Assembly: GCA_022821905.1 (NCBI GenBank)
Contig: JAJECS010000015.1
Location: 4,867-68,866 of the forward strand
Origin: Chloroflexota bacterium
GTDB lineage: Bacteria > Chloroflexota > UBA11872
DNA: 64,000 nucleotides
Direction: 5' to 3'
Shown piece after piece: positions 1 through 10,266 of this stretch. The notes beneath the pieces were generated by a model. That model was not told where the DNA came from and did not search any database. It was given only the letters and a program-made list of their open reading frames with translations. Every line of letters begins with the position of its first letter. Position 1 is the first letter of the stretch. The position numbers were made by a program, and so were the translations under genes.

Positions 1-1386
1 GTTCAGCCGGGCGCCCTCGACGAGCACTCGGATGTCCCGCCGGAGGCCCAGTCCGCCGCGGAACTTGCCGGCCCCGCCCGTGCCCGGCAGAAGCGAATAG
101 TGCTCGACGCGCAGGCGGGGATTCGACTCGACGACCTCGATCGGCGTCGTGGCCAGGTTGTGGACGTGGGCGCTGTAGGCATCCAGTCCATCCGACGTCG
201 GTCGGGCGCCCCAGCCTCCAACCTCGATCTCAAAATGGACCCAGGGCGCGCCGGTGTCCGGGTCGAATCCGCCGATGTTGCAGATGTTGCTCGCGCCGTA
301 ATAGCCGGCGGTGACCCGGTCGGGAATCGCCTGCACCAGCGCCTGCATCATGGCGTCGACGATCCGGTGGCAGGTGGTGACGCGGCTGGCCACGGGCGCC
401 GGCGGCCCCGCGTTGACCAGCGAGCGCTCCGGCGCCCGGACCGTGATCGCGCGGCGCCAGGCGTCGTTCTTGGGAATGTCGTGGCCGATGGTCGCCATGG
501 CGACGTACATGACGCTGCTGCGCGTCATCTCCATGGTGGCGCTCACCGGGCCGGCGGGCTGGGGCGAGGTGCCGGCAAAGTCCACCTCCAACGCGTCGCC
601 GCGGCGCGTGACGGTGGCTTCGATGCACAGCGGATCGTCGGTGATGCCGTCGTCGTCGACATGGTCGACGCCGCGATAGGCGCCTTCGGGGATGAGCGCC
701 AGCCGCTGCCGCACTTGGCGCTCGGTGCTATCGAGGATCTCGGCCATGGCGGTTCGGGCCGTCGCGAGGCCGTATTCGTCGGCCAGCGCATGCAGCGTCG
801 CCTCTCCGAGCGAGGTGCAGGCCCACATGGCCGTCAGGTCGCCGCGCAGTTTCTCGGGCTCCCGCACGTTCAGCAGGACGAGCCGGAGCAGTTCCTCATT
901 GACTTCCCCACCGCGAATGATCTTGCTGGGCGGAATGCGCAAGCCTTCGTGATAGATCTCGGTGGCGGAGGCCAGGTAGCCTCCGGCCGCCCCGCCGCCC
1001 GTATCCAACATGTGGCCGATGGCACCGGCAAACCCGATCAACTCGCCGTTGCTGAACGCCGGTCGAAACACGATGTAATCCGGCAGGTGCTGGGCCTCGC
1101 AGGCATAGGGGTCGTTCAGCAGCACGACGTCGCCGGGCTGCCAGTCGTAGCCGGTGCGGATGAGATATCCCATGGGCGCGGACATGGTCATCATCTGGAA
1201 CGGAATCTGCGACGACTGGGCCACCATGCGGCCTTCGGCGTCGAAGATCGCCGTCGAGTAGTCCAGGACCTCGCGGATCACCGTCGAAAACGAGCTCTTC
1301 CAGAGCGTGACGGCCATTTGCTCCGCGCCGGCCACCAGCCGGTTGCGGATCAACGCAAGAGTGATCGGGTCTACGGCGCGGCTCAT
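1..1386 (-). CDS. hyuB: Hydantoinase B / N-methylhydantoinase B / oxoprolinase-subunit family protein, C-terminal part cut by window edge
   Basis: Reverse-strand translation from ATG (complement of 1384-1386) gives MSRAVDPITLALIRNRL... with hydantoinase_B-like sequence throughout; its start overlaps the hyuA stop by 4 bp (ATGA). The ORF runs past position 1, which would explain its absence from the ORF track. The 100..1818 + ORF is antisense junk. Confidence 0.8.
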   Translation of the reverse strand, partial: MSRAVDPITLALIRNRLVAGAEQMAVTLWKSSFSTVIREVLDYSTAIFDAEGRMVAQSSQIPFQMMTMSAPMGYLIRTGYDWQPGDVVLLNDPYACEAQHLPDYIVFRPAFSNGELIGFAGAIGHMLDTGGGAAGGYLASATEIYHEGLRIPPSKIIRGGEVNEELLRLVLLNVREPEKLRGDLTAMWACTSLGEATLHALADEYGLATARTAMAEILDSTERQVRQRLALIPEGAYRGVDHVDDDGITDDPLCIEATVTRRGDALEVDFAGTSPQPAGPVSATMEMTRSSVMYVAMATIGHDIPKNDAWRRAITVRAPERSLVNAGPPAPVASRVTTCHRIVDAMMQALVQAIPDRVTAGYYGASNICNIGGFDPDTGAPWVHFEIEVGGWGARPTSDGLDAYSAHVHNLATTPIEVVESNPRLRVEHYSLLPGTGGAGKFRGGLGLRRDIRVLVEGARLN

Positions 1387-3467
1387 GCCGGTGAAATCTC
1401 CAGCACGATGTCGCCGGTCGCGTGCACGTGGGCCGACGTGGCGGGCGGCACCACCAGCGTCGTCTGGTCCTGGATGACCAGCGCCGGGCCTTCGATATGG
1501 TCGTCGCGGCCCAGGCGTTCTCGCGCGTACACCGGCGCGTCGTGGGTCTCCCCGGCCCAGATCATTGGCTGGACGCCCAGCCGACGCTGGGCTACCGGCT
1601 CGTCTGGGAACGCAAGCTCGGTTGAGCCGGGCCGGACCGTCCGGGCCGTGACGCTGGCCCGCAGCGTGACCCACTCGATCGCGGCCTCTTCATCACGATG
1701 CCCGTGCAACCGCGCGTGCGCCTGGTGGAACTCGCGGCTCACCTGGCGCCGCAGCTCGCCGTCGAATGTCGCCGGCTCTCCGATCCACACGGGAACTTCG
1801 TATGCCTGGCCGGTGTAGCGGACATCGACGCCGAGACGCACGCTGATTGCCTCATCGCTGAAGCCGGCATCGCGCAGCTCGCGCGCACCCTGATCGCGCA
1901 TGTTGGCGAAGCGTCGCTCCACCTCGGCAAGATCGAGATCCGTTTCGGCGCTGAGCATGGCCGTGGAGAAGTCGCGTCGAGCTTCGGCCACGAGCAGGCC
2001 GCGCGCTGATTGAACCCCGGCCTCCGGCGGAATCACTACCCGCCCGCAGCCGAGTTCGCGCGCAAGGTCCGCCGCGTGCATGGGGCCGGCCCCGCCGAAC
2101 GCCACCATCACGAACTCGCGCGGATCGTGACCGCGCGCCACGGAGACAAGCTCTAGCGCCCGACCCATTTTCGCTCCGGCGAGCGCAAGGATGCCCTCCG
2201 CCGCGACCTCGACGCTCATGCTCAGCGGGTCGGCGACATGTTCGGCCACCGCCCGCCGCGCGGCGCCTACGTCCAACTGGATATGACCGCCGGCGAACCG
2301 ATCAGGCCGCAGGCGACCGAGCACGGCGTTGGCGTCGGTGGTCGTGGGTCGCGTACCGCCGCGGCCATAGCAGGCCGGCCCCGGCTCCGCGCCGGCGCTG
2401 GCCGGACCCACGTAGAGCGAGCCGCCCGCATCGACGCCGGCGATCGAGCCGCCGCCGGTGCCAATCTCGACAAGGTCGATTACCGGGGTGCGAAGCGGAT
2501 AGCCCGTGCCGAAGCCGCCGTGAACTCCCCCGCCGATCTCGTAGTCGTTGTTGATGGAGACGTGACCATCACGAATCAGGGTGGCCTTGGTGCTGGTGCC
2601 GCCCATGTCGAATGAGATGACATTGGACGCCCCCAACCGCCTTCCGACCTCCGCGGCGGCGATCACCCCCGCTGCCGGTCCCGATTCGACGATCGAGGCG
2701 GGCTCGCGGGCGACCGTGGCGGCGGGCGCCATGCCGCCGCTCGATTGCATGACCGAGAGCGGTGCCTTGATACCACGTGTCGTGAGCCGGGACCCGATTT
2801 CCTGGATGTATGTCGCGACTCGCGGCAGCACCGCCGCATGCACCGCCGCCGTGCTGAAGCGCTCGTATTCGCGATACTCGCGGCACACGGCGTGACTGGC
2901 GACCACCGGCAGGCGCGTCTCGTCCGCGATGACGGCGGCGGCTTCGCGCTCATGCTGTGGGTAGCCGTAGCTGTGCAGAAACGCCACCACGATCGCCTCT
3001 GCCCCGAGGTCCTTCAGCTGATGGGCGGCGCGCACCACGTCGGCCACGCGCAGGGGTTCGACGATCGAGCCGTCGGCGCCGATGCGTTCGAGCACCTCCA
3101 GCCGCCGCTCGCGCGGAATCAGCACTGGCGGCTTTTCCAGGAATAGGTTGTAGAGGTCGCGCCGCTGGTGACGCCCAATTTCCAGCACGTCGCGAAACCC
3201 TCGGGTCGTCACCAGGCCCAGTCGCGCGGTGGTTCCCTCCAGCACGGCGTTGGTGGCGACGGTGGTGGCGTGGACGATCTCGCGGACTTCCTGCTGGCCG
3301 GAGGCGGTCTGCCACCGGTCGAGCACGTCCAGGAGACCCTCAGCCGGATTGGCCGGCGTGGTCAGGACTTTCGCCGACCAGGTGCGCCCGTCGTCCGCCA
3401 CGGCAAACAGGTCCGTGAACGTGCCGCCGATGTCGATGCCAACGCGCGTCAAGCCGATGCCCGCCAT
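1383..3467 (-). CDS. hyuA: Hydantoinase A / N-methylhydantoinase A / 5-oxoprolinase family protein
   Basis: 706-aa ORF; the canonical N-terminus MAGIGLTRVGIDIGGTFTD begins at an internal ATG (3467); hydantoinase_A-like GGTSTK and glycine-rich motifs; an in-frame GTG at 3503 is an alternative start. Confidence 0.85.
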   Translation of the reverse strand: MAGIGLTRVGIDIGGTFTDLFAVADDGRTWSAKVLTTPANPAEGLLDVLDRWQTASGQQEVREIVHATTVATNAVLEGTTARLGLVTTRGFRDVLEIGRHQRRDLYNLFLEKPPVLIPRERRLEVLERIGADGSIVEPLRVADVVRAAHQLKDLGAEAIVVAFLHSYGYPQHEREAAAVIADETRLPVVASHAVCREYREYERFSTAAVHAAVLPRVATYIQEIGSRLTTRGIKAPLSVMQSSGGMAPAATVAREPASIVESGPAAGVIAAAEVGRRLGASNVISFDMGGTSTKATLIRDGHVSINNDYEIGGGVHGGFGTGYPLRTPVIDLVEIGTGGGSIAGVDAGGSLYVGPASAGAEPGPACYGRGGTRPTTTDANAVLGRLRPDRFAGGHIQLDVGAARRAVAEHVADPLSMSVEVAAEGILALAGAKMGRALELVSVARGHDPREFVMVAFGGAGPMHAADLARELGCGRVVIPPEAGVQSARGLLVAEARRDFSTAMLSAETDLDLAEVERRFANMRDQGARELRDAGFSDEAISVRLGVDVRYTGQAYEVPVWIGEPATFDGELRRQVSREFHQAHARLHGHRDEEAAIEWVTLRASVTARTVRPGSTELAFPDEPVAQRRLGVQPMIWAGETHDAPVYARERLGRDDHIEGPALVIQDQTTLVVPPATSAHVHATGDIVLEISPA

Positions 3468-3553
3468 GCAATCTGATGAGGTGCGATTGTAGTGGCGGTG
3501 CACATCGCCGATCGCCGCCTATACTCGACACGTCTGACTCTCGGAGACCGCGT

Positions 3554-4654
3554 GTGATCGAAGTCATCGAGTCCGGTCTCGTCTACCGCAGCCCGGAGTC
3601 GCAGTCGCCGCCGTTGCACACGTGGCACCCGACGGCTGTCCTGCTCGATTCCGGCGAGCTGATCGCCGCTTTCGATATTGCCGATCATGCCGAGAGCCTG
3701 GACTACGCGACCTATATCGCCCGTTCGACCGATGAGGGGCGCACGTGGTCGGCGCCGACGCGCATGTTCCACGACTCCGTCCAGGGCCGGGTGACCAGCT
3801 TCGCGCGCATTGCCCGCGTGGGGCCGGGCGAGCTGATCGCGACCGGCGCCCGCGCCTACCGCCAGCCCGACGACGACAGCCTGGTCAATCGCGACACGTT
3901 GGGCTTTGTGCCGGTCGACCTGATCGTGCTGCGCAGCGCCGACGGCGGGCAAACATGGAGCGGCCCGGAGACCATCAAGCCGCCCCTGGAGGGGCCTTCA
4001 TTCGAGATCTGCCACACGGTGATCGTGCTGCGCGACGGACGCTGGCTGTGGCCGACGGCCACCTGGAAGGGCTGGGACGGCGACGCGCCAAACGGCATGA
4101 AGGCCATCGCGCTCGTCTCGTTCGACCGCGGTGCGTCGTGGCCAACCTATCTCGATGTCTTGGATCAATACGACCGCCACGTGCTCTCGTGGGAACAATC
4201 CGTCGTGGAGCTTCCCGACGCCCGTCTCTTGCAGGTCGCATGGGCATACGACGAAACCTCGGGACACAGCGAACCGACGCCGTACGTCATCTCGTCCGAC
4301 GGCTGGAAGTTCTCGGAGCCACGGGCCACGGGCTTGCGGGGGCAAACCACCAAATTGCACGTGTTGGCGGACGGCACGGTGCTGGTGCTCTACCGGCGCG
4401 ACAACCGTCCCGGGCTTTGGGCCCAGCGGGTTCGTATCGATGGCGAAATGTGGACCAACCTGGAAGACCTGGCCGTTTGGCAAGGCGCACCGTCGGGGAT
4501 GGCGGGCGAGGGCGCCGGCGCGGACGAGTTGGTGGACCTGCAGTTCGGCTTTCCACAGATGCTCTCGTTGCCGAACGGCGACGTGTTCGCGCTCTTCTGG
4601 TGCCAGGAAGACGGCATCCGCAACATCCGCTGGTTCCGCCTTCGGGTCACCTAG
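3554..4654 (+). CDS. BNR/Asp-box repeat sialidase-fold beta-propeller protein, subfamily A paralog 1
   Basis: Asp-box motifs STDEGRTWS, SADGGQTWS, SFDRGASW; GTG start at 3554 with GGAGA 6 nt upstream; paralog of 52143..53246 (shared C-terminus NIRWFRLRVT / NIRWYRLRVS); no canonical sialidase RIP motif. Confidence 0.75.
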   Translation: MIEVIESGLVYRSPESQSPPLHTWHPTAVLLDSGELIAAFDIADHAESLDYATYIARSTDEGRTWSAPTRMFHDSVQGRVTSFARIARVGPGELIATGARAYRQPDDDSLVNRDTLGFVPVDLIVLRSADGGQTWSGPETIKPPLEGPSFEICHTVIVLRDGRWLWPTATWKGWDGDAPNGMKAIALVSFDRGASWPTYLDVLDQYDRHVLSWEQSVVELPDARLLQVAWAYDETSGHSEPTPYVISSDGWKFSEPRATGLRGQTTKLHVLADGTVLVLYRRDNRPGLWAQRVRIDGEMWTNLEDLAVWQGAPSGMAGEGAGADELVDLQFGFPQMLSLPNGDVFALFWCQEDGIRNIRWFRLRVT

Positions 4655-4738
4655 TCCAGGCCCGCAGTCGGCTTACGGCTTTGGCCGATTAGGCCATCCC
4701 AGCAAACCCGCTGGTGCCGGCAACCGCGCGGTCAATCG

Positions 4739-6835
4739 TCACGCCAGGTGCACCACTGCGTGCTTCCAGGCCGGGATCGTGATCTCGAACGCGCCGTCGG
4801 TGAGCGGAAGCTCAGCCTTTGTGAGCAAGTTGCGCGCGGAATTGGGGAAGCGCCTGGGGCGAACGGTGACAGTGGCGGTGGCGCGCTCGAGGTTGAAGAG
4901 AAACGCCACCTCTCCGTCCTTTGCCGATCCGCGCACCACCGGCACGACGCCCGAGCCATCGATCGTCAACGGCGATTCGATGGAAGCTGCCCGGACGGGT
5001 GGGAGCACCAGGTCCGGGTGGCCGGCGTCGCCGAAGCCGGCTGACAGCGACAGCCCCCACCAGGTGAACCGACCGTCGGCGCTGCGCACGGCCACCGTTT
5101 CGCCCTCGAGCGAGGCAATGGCGGTTGCGCCGTTCTTGGGCTCGAGGACGGCGTAGCCGCAGGGAGTGCTGATCGGAATGGCCCCGGCAGGCGCCTGGAG
5201 CACGTTGCGGCCATCCGCAATGTCGCCCTCGGTGATGGCGTTGAAGTCCGCCACTCGCACGCCAAACCGCTCGGAGAACCCCTCCGGCGGGCCGTAGGAC
5301 GATTGCCCGTCGGCTGAATACAACCCAAAGCTCCCATCCGCCACCAATTGCACATCCGGATTTGCGTCGAGCGTTTTCTCGATGCGTTGGCGCAGCTCAT
5401 CGGTCATGAGCGCCGCGTTGGTCAGGAAGATCAGGCGGTAGGGGGACCAGTCCATGCCGGGCGACACGATGTCGACCGGAATGCCGTTGGCCCAGAGCGC
5501 GCGATGGACGCCGCGCAGGTCGTCCAGATAGCGGTCGTCCTCGTCGTTATAGCTGAATAGCTCCTGGGACTCGGACTGATAGACGACGGCCACGTCAGCG
5601 GTGTCGCACGTGAGCGGCAGGTGGTCCTCCATGCCGGCCATCTGGCACAGCGCCTCGATGGTGGATTGCCAGCGGGCGGTGGGCTGCCCGTCCAGGGCGA
5701 TCAGGTTGTAGCCCGGAGACTCGAAGCTGAAGTACTCGGGGCGATACTGCCAATACATGGCGCCCGCGCCGCCCGCGGCCAGGCACATCCACAGCAGCAT
5801 GGTGGGTTCCTCGGGCGCCGACTGCTTGCGCCAGGTGACGCCGCCGCCTGACATGCCCGAGTAGATTTCTTCGTTCCACCAGCGACCGTTCTTGCCGATG
5901 CTGCGTGACCAGTCGTAGCCGAAGGCCCGCTCTGACAGCTTGTAGGGGTCTTCGGAGGTCAGGAGGTTGTTGGACGACATGGACATGCCCCAGCTGTCGG
6001 CGACCGGCGCGCAGGCGGTGTCCTGCGGGCGTGGATACCAGGCGCCGTGTGAGCGCTTCTCGTGCACCGGATCCACGTCATTGGCGATGTCCATGACCCA
6101 CTGGAGATGGCCGGCCAGGTTCTCGTAGTGGAACTGCTTGTACAGCAGCATCTCCACGACGTTTTGGTTGGAGCGCGGCGGCTGCACATCTTCCCAGCGG
6201 CGATAGCGACGGTGCACACGCGCGTTCAGCTCGTCGAGCGTGAAGCGCTCTTTCAGCCAGGCGTCGTAGCGCGCGAGGGTGCTCGGGCAGTAGCAAGGCA
6301 GGCCATCGGAGGTCTTGCTCCAGGCGGCCGATAACGCGATGCCGTCCCAAAGGCCCCACACCAGCAGGGCCGGATGGTCCTTGTAACGCCCGATCATGTG
6401 ACGCAGGAGCTTCTCACCATATTCGCGCCACGCCGGATGGTCGTAGCAGTGAATCTGGCTGCCCTGCGGGTAGGCGGGGCTGGCGCTGGTGAGGGAGACG
6501 TGGTTGCGGTAGCTGACCACGCGCATGTCGGGATGCTCGCGCGTCAGCCACTCCGGGCAGGCGCCGTGCGTGGCCAGCGGCAGGTCGAGCCACATCCGCA
6601 AGTCGTGCTTGTGCGCCAGATCGAAGAGCAGGTCGACGTCGTCGGTCTCGTAGATGCCCGGGCGCGGCTCGAGATGGTTCCAATAGTTGAACGTGCGAAT
6701 GATGCGCATGCCACCGGCACGGATGCGGGCGAAGTCCTCGTCCCACAGCTCCGGCTTGGGAACCGGCGCACGGTAGTACTCCACGCCTACCGGAAACGGA
6801 ACGCCGGGGATGCCGAATTGGTTATTGCTAGACAC
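4739..6835 (-). CDS. Glycoside hydrolase family 42-like (beta-galactosidase-like), paralog 1
   Basis: 698 aa; N-terminal TIM-barrel segment YYRAPVPKPELWDEDFARIRAGGMRIIR...NYWNHLEPRPGIYE; CxC cluster (LPCYCPSTLARY) like the GH42 zinc site; GTG start with AGGGGG SD. Confidence 0.8.
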   Translation of the reverse strand: MSSNNQFGIPGVPFPVGVEYYRAPVPKPELWDEDFARIRAGGMRIIRTFNYWNHLEPRPGIYETDDVDLLFDLAHKHDLRMWLDLPLATHGACPEWLTREHPDMRVVSYRNHVSLTSASPAYPQGSQIHCYDHPAWREYGEKLLRHMIGRYKDHPALLVWGLWDGIALSAAWSKTSDGLPCYCPSTLARYDAWLKERFTLDELNARVHRRYRRWEDVQPPRSNQNVVEMLLYKQFHYENLAGHLQWVMDIANDVDPVHEKRSHGAWYPRPQDTACAPVADSWGMSMSSNNLLTSEDPYKLSERAFGYDWSRSIGKNGRWWNEEIYSGMSGGGVTWRKQSAPEEPTMLLWMCLAAGGAGAMYWQYRPEYFSFESPGYNLIALDGQPTARWQSTIEALCQMAGMEDHLPLTCDTADVAVVYQSESQELFSYNDEDDRYLDDLRGVHRALWANGIPVDIVSPGMDWSPYRLIFLTNAALMTDELRQRIEKTLDANPDVQLVADGSFGLYSADGQSSYGPPEGFSERFGVRVADFNAITEGDIADGRNVLQAPAGAIPISTPCGYAVLEPKNGATAIASLEGETVAVRSADGRFTWWGLSLSAGFGDAGHPDLVLPPVRAASIESPLTIDGSGVVPVVRGSAKDGEVAFLFNLERATATVTVRPRRFPNSARNLLTKAELPLTDGAFEITIPAWKHAVVHLA

Positions 6836-7065
6836 GTCAACCCCCTGCTGGACGGCGCGTTCGCCGATGGGTCGGCGAGGCGTTTCGCCGCGCGCTTGGC
6901 ATGGTGAGGCGGCCGGCGCGGGCCGTCAAGGCGCGAGCCATTCGCCCGGCTCACGCCGTGCACAAACCGCCATTGGTTGACATAAATCAGGCATAGATCA
7001 AGTCATGCATCCGCAACCGACACGGGGTTTACGTTTTGCGCGGGCTACCCGCGGATGACGCAGCG

Positions 7066-7524
7066 CTAGCGCTTGAGTTGAAACACCGCCTCGACGGACA
7101 GCGGAACGTTGCGCGGCATCGTGCCCACGCCCACCGCCGAGCGAACGCCCCGGCCGTCGGGACCAAACACATCGAGCATGAGCTCCGAGCATCCGTTGAC
7201 GACCTCGCTGGCCTGGTCCATGCCCGGCGCGGCGTTCACGTGACCCAGCATGCGAACGACGCGTTCGATGCGATCGAGCGAGCCGACCACGGAGCGTGCG
7301 GCGGTCAGGAGTCCGATTCCCGCCGCCCGCGCCGCCTGCTTGGCTTCCGCAACGGTGTAGTCCGTGCCTACCTGTCCCGGACGCCAGGCCCCTCCCGGTG
7401 AGTGGCCCGAGACCCAGACCAGGTCGCCGGTGATGACGGCCGGGATGTAGGGCGCGTCCGGAAGCGGCGGCGGCACGTCGGGCAAGTCGATTCCCAAGGC
7501 GGTGAGGCGGTCTTCGGGCGACAT
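7066..7524 (-). CDS. RidA/YjgF/L-PSP family protein
   Basis: 152 aa; Rid-family size and sequence (…LVWVSGHSP…GVGTMPRNVPLSVEAVFQLK). Confidence 0.75.
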   Translation of the reverse strand: MSPEDRLTALGIDLPDVPPPLPDAPYIPAVITGDLVWVSGHSPGGAWRPGQVGTDYTVAEAKQAARAAGIGLLTAARSVVGSLDRIERVVRMLGHVNAAPGMDQASEVVNGCSELMLDVFGPDGRGVRSAVGVGTMPRNVPLSVEAVFQLKR

Positions 7525-7695
7525 GGCGAGGTCTCCAGTGCGTCGGCGGCTGCGAGGAGTCTAACGGCGTCGCGCGGCCCAATTCCGAGATTGCCGTATA
7601 CAGTGGCAAGCATTCGGCCCACCTGATCGGCGTGGGAATCTGTCGTCCCAGTCAATCAGCGCACATGCGACATGACGCCCAGGGAGAGTGTTGAG

Positions 7696-8259
7696 ATGCA
7701 ATCAGCCCCGTTCGACCAATCTGGAGCAACCGGCAAGACGCTCCGCGACGCCGAATTCGACCGTGGGGTCATTGCCTACTACCGGGTGCTGATCTCCATT
7801 TACCTGGCCATCACCGTTGTCGGGATTCCGCTGATCCCGTTCTGGCTGATCTTCAGTCTCTGGTACGCGCCGGAATACTACCGGCGCTTGTCCGCCCGGC
7901 TGACCTCGCAGGCTATCGAGCTTCGCAAGGGCGTCTTCAACCGTCGCGAATCCACCATCCCGCTCAACCGGGTCACCGACCTGCGCCTGCACGACGGACC
8001 GATCATGCGTCACTTCAAGGTACGTGGCTTGCTGGTGGAGACCGCCGGCCAGTCGGGACAGCACGCCAGCAGCGAGGGCGACCTGATCGGGGTGGTGGAC
8101 GCGGAGGAGTTTCGCAACGCCATCCTCATGCAGCGGCAACGCGTATTGGGCGCCGAGCCCGATGAAGACGCTCCCAAGCCAGCCGCGGCCGGTGGCGACG
8201 CCACCGAGTTGCTCGCCGAGATCCGCGACATTCTGGCGCGGATGGAGGCCAAGGAGTAG
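7696..8259 (+). CDS. Bacterial PH-domain (bPH_2 / YdbS-like) membrane protein
   Basis: Two predicted TM helices followed by a PH-like segment; start chosen at the second ATG (7696), which has GGGAGAG SD 8 nt upstream. Confidence 0.6.
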   Translation: MQSAPFDQSGATGKTLRDAEFDRGVIAYYRVLISIYLAITVVGIPLIPFWLIFSLWYAPEYYRRLSARLTSQAIELRKGVFNRRESTIPLNRVTDLRLHDGPIMRHFKVRGLLVETAGQSGQHASSEGDLIGVVDAEEFRNAILMQRQRVLGAEPDEDAPKPAAAGGDATELLAEIRDILARMEAKE

Positions 8260-8395
8260 CGGCCTCACCAGCGGGCGCTGATTCTGACTATCCGGCGAAG
8301 GTGCTTTGGGTTGGAGGCGTGCCGGCAGAGGTCTGGCCGACCGAATACTGAATACCTTGGACACAGTGAAGTTCAGCGAAGTCTAGGATGGTTGA

Positions 8396-8656
8396 ATGAG
8401 CGTTAGGACGGTCCGGCTCGACGATGAGGCTGAGCGCACCTTGGCCGCCGTGCGCCAGCGAACCGGGCTGACAATCTCGGAAGTTCTCAGGCGCGGTCTA
8501 GATGCCTATGCGGCTGCGTCGATTGACGATGCCGCGGCCAGGCCCTATGAGGTATATCGGCGGCTTGATCTTGGGCCTGGTGGGTATGCAATCGTCGCAG
8601 CACGAGAGGCAAAAGCCGCAGTCGCCGAGGCGGTTGCTACGAAGAATCGGCGCTGA
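8396..8656 (+). CDS. Ribbon-helix-helix (CopG/antitoxin-like) DNA-binding protein, no cognate toxin adjacent
   Basis: 86 aa; N-terminal RHH pattern VRLDDEAERTLAAVRQRTGLTISEVLRRGLDAY; no toxin-like ORF downstream. Confidence 0.55.
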   Translation: MSVRTVRLDDEAERTLAAVRQRTGLTISEVLRRGLDAYAAASIDDAAARPYEVYRRLDLGPGGYAIVAAREAKAAVAEAVATKNRR

Positions 8657-8938
8657 TCCCCTTTTTGTTGGAAGACGTGGTTGCCTCGTGCGCCCTTCGA
8701 CTAGCTGTACTGACCACAGAGGTGTGAGACACGGCTGACGGGCGGGAGGCTGATCAGTCCTATGAATGTCTGCATCGAGCGCGTCTCCAATCCGAGCATT
8801 CCCCAACGAGTCGATTTTGGCGCCGGCGTATCTGGCTTCTGGACCAGGTGACCGGCTGGCGGAAGGACGGCGTGCTGTCGGCGGCTGCCCGATTCGAGCA
8901 ACGTGCATGCGCGATTCGCGCCGCATACATTGGCGTCC

Positions 8939-10216
8939 ATGCGGCGGCCAAACATCCTGATCGTCACTACTCACGATACGGGTCGGTTCATCGAGCCCTA
9001 CGGCGTTGCCACCGTCGAGACGCCGAACTTGAGTCGTCTGGCAGCTGAAGGCATTCGGTTCAACGCCTACACCACGGCGCCGCAGTGCTCGCCGAGCCGG
9101 GCGAGCCTGACGACCGGCCGCTATCCGCACGCCAACGGCGTCATGGGGCTCACCCACGGAGAGCATCGCTGGGACCTGCATCCCAATGAGCGCACCATTC
9201 CGCAGACTCTGCGCACGGCCGGCTATCGCAGCGGCCACTGGGGAGTGGAGCACGCCGCGCGCGATCCCCAGCGCATCGGCAACGACTGCTACGACAACGT
9301 TTGTGATATCGAATCGATGGTTGCCGGTGTTTCCGCGTTCATCGAAGCCGAACCCGACCAGCCCTTCGTGGTCCAGATTGGCCTCACCGAGACTCACCGT
9401 GTGAGCGATCACGGCTTTGGCGGCTCGCCGTTCGATGCCAGGGGGATCACCGTGCCCGCCTATCTGCCGGATGCGCCAGACACGCGTGCCGACCTGGCCG
9501 ACTTTCAGGGGTGCGTCAATCGAGCCGACGCGTATGTCGGCCGGTTCGTCAGGGTGCTGGAAGAGCGCGAGTTGCTGGATGAGACGCTGGTGCTCTTCGT
9601 GAGCGACCACGGCATCGCCTTTCCCCGTGCCAAGTGCACCCTCTACGACCCGGGCGTCGAAATCTCGCTGATCGCGCGGCTGCCGGGGTCTCCGCTGAGC
9701 GGTGGGGCTGCTCCACCGGGCATGGCCGGCATCATGGACATCGTGCCAACGCTGATCGATCTGACGGGCGCCGAGGCCCCCGCCGGTCTGCACGGCGCCT
9801 CATTGCTGCCGCTGGCCGCGGGCGCGTCGCCGGGTCACGCCGAGATGTTTGTCGAGAAGACTTATCACAGCTACTACGACCCCATGCGCGGCATTCGAAC
9901 CGACGACTGGAAGTACATCCGCAATTTCGAGGCCGGGCTGGGTGTGGAGGTGCCGGCTGACGTTGCGGGAGGTGGCGCCTATCGCGATCTGGCTGGCCGG
10001 CTGGAACCGGCGGTGCACGCGCCTGCCGAGCTGTACGACTTGCGGTCCGATCCTGGTGAATGGACCAACCTGGCCGGCCGCCCGGAGTATGCAAGCGTTG
10101 AGTCCGAGCTGGAGGCCAAGCTGGCGAAATGGATGCGCGAGACTGGCGATCCACTGCTGGACGGGCCGGTGGCGTCGCCCTTCTATCGCAGGGCGATGCA
10201 CGGACTGTTGCAGTAG
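8939..10216 (+). CDS. Sulfatase (formylglycine-dependent arylsulfatase family)
   Basis: Signature C-x-P-S-R (CSPSRASLTTGRYPH) and sulfatase N-terminal block ILIVTTHD; start at internal ATG 8939. Confidence 0.85.
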   Translation: MRRPNILIVTTHDTGRFIEPYGVATVETPNLSRLAAEGIRFNAYTTAPQCSPSRASLTTGRYPHANGVMGLTHGEHRWDLHPNERTIPQTLRTAGYRSGHWGVEHAARDPQRIGNDCYDNVCDIESMVAGVSAFIEAEPDQPFVVQIGLTETHRVSDHGFGGSPFDARGITVPAYLPDAPDTRADLADFQGCVNRADAYVGRFVRVLEERELLDETLVLFVSDHGIAFPRAKCTLYDPGVEISLIARLPGSPLSGGAAPPGMAGIMDIVPTLIDLTGAEAPAGLHGASLLPLAAGASPGHAEMFVEKTYHSYYDPMRGIRTDDWKYIRNFEAGLGVEVPADVAGGGAYRDLAGRLEPAVHAPAELYDLRSDPGEWTNLAGRPEYASVESELEAKLAKWMRETGDPLLDGPVASPFYRRAMHGLLQ

Positions 10217-10266
10217 GCGTGTCACCATGTCGGTGACGCCGGTAGCGATTGAGGACGTCGCCGCTC

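Noticed and set aside
100-1818. 572-aa + strand ORF overlapping the hyuB/hyuA region
   Set aside because: R/G/A-rich low-complexity translation on the antisense of clear hydantoinase B/A coding sequence; a typical spurious long ORF in high-GC DNA.
3554-4654. Calling the BNR proteins bona fide exo-alpha-sialidases (NanH)
   Set aside because: None shows the F-R-I-P / arginine-triad signature or other GH33 catalytic hallmarks by eye. Only a fold-level call (BNR_2-type propeller) is justified.
6836-7065. AT-richer stretch with TTGACATAAATCAGGCATAGATCAAGTCA upstream of GH42 paralog 1
   Set aside because: Only weak partial dyad symmetry (TGAC…GTCA ends). It is probably just the promoter region, so I could not support a specific operator call.
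8657-8938. Possible degenerate toxin gene after the orphan RHH protein
   Set aside because: No frame downstream of the RHH gene gives a RelE/VapC/MazF-like peptide. The region is treated as plain intergenic spacer before the sulfatase.
8498-9793. 431-aa - strand ORF antisense to the sulfatase gene (and similar antisense ORFs at 9732..10541, 23062..25707, 27708..29312, 6998..7609, 36033..36812, 37498..38244)
   Set aside because: All lie opposite strongly supported genes and have Arg/Pro/Gly-rich junk composition. They are rejected as GC-driven open frames.
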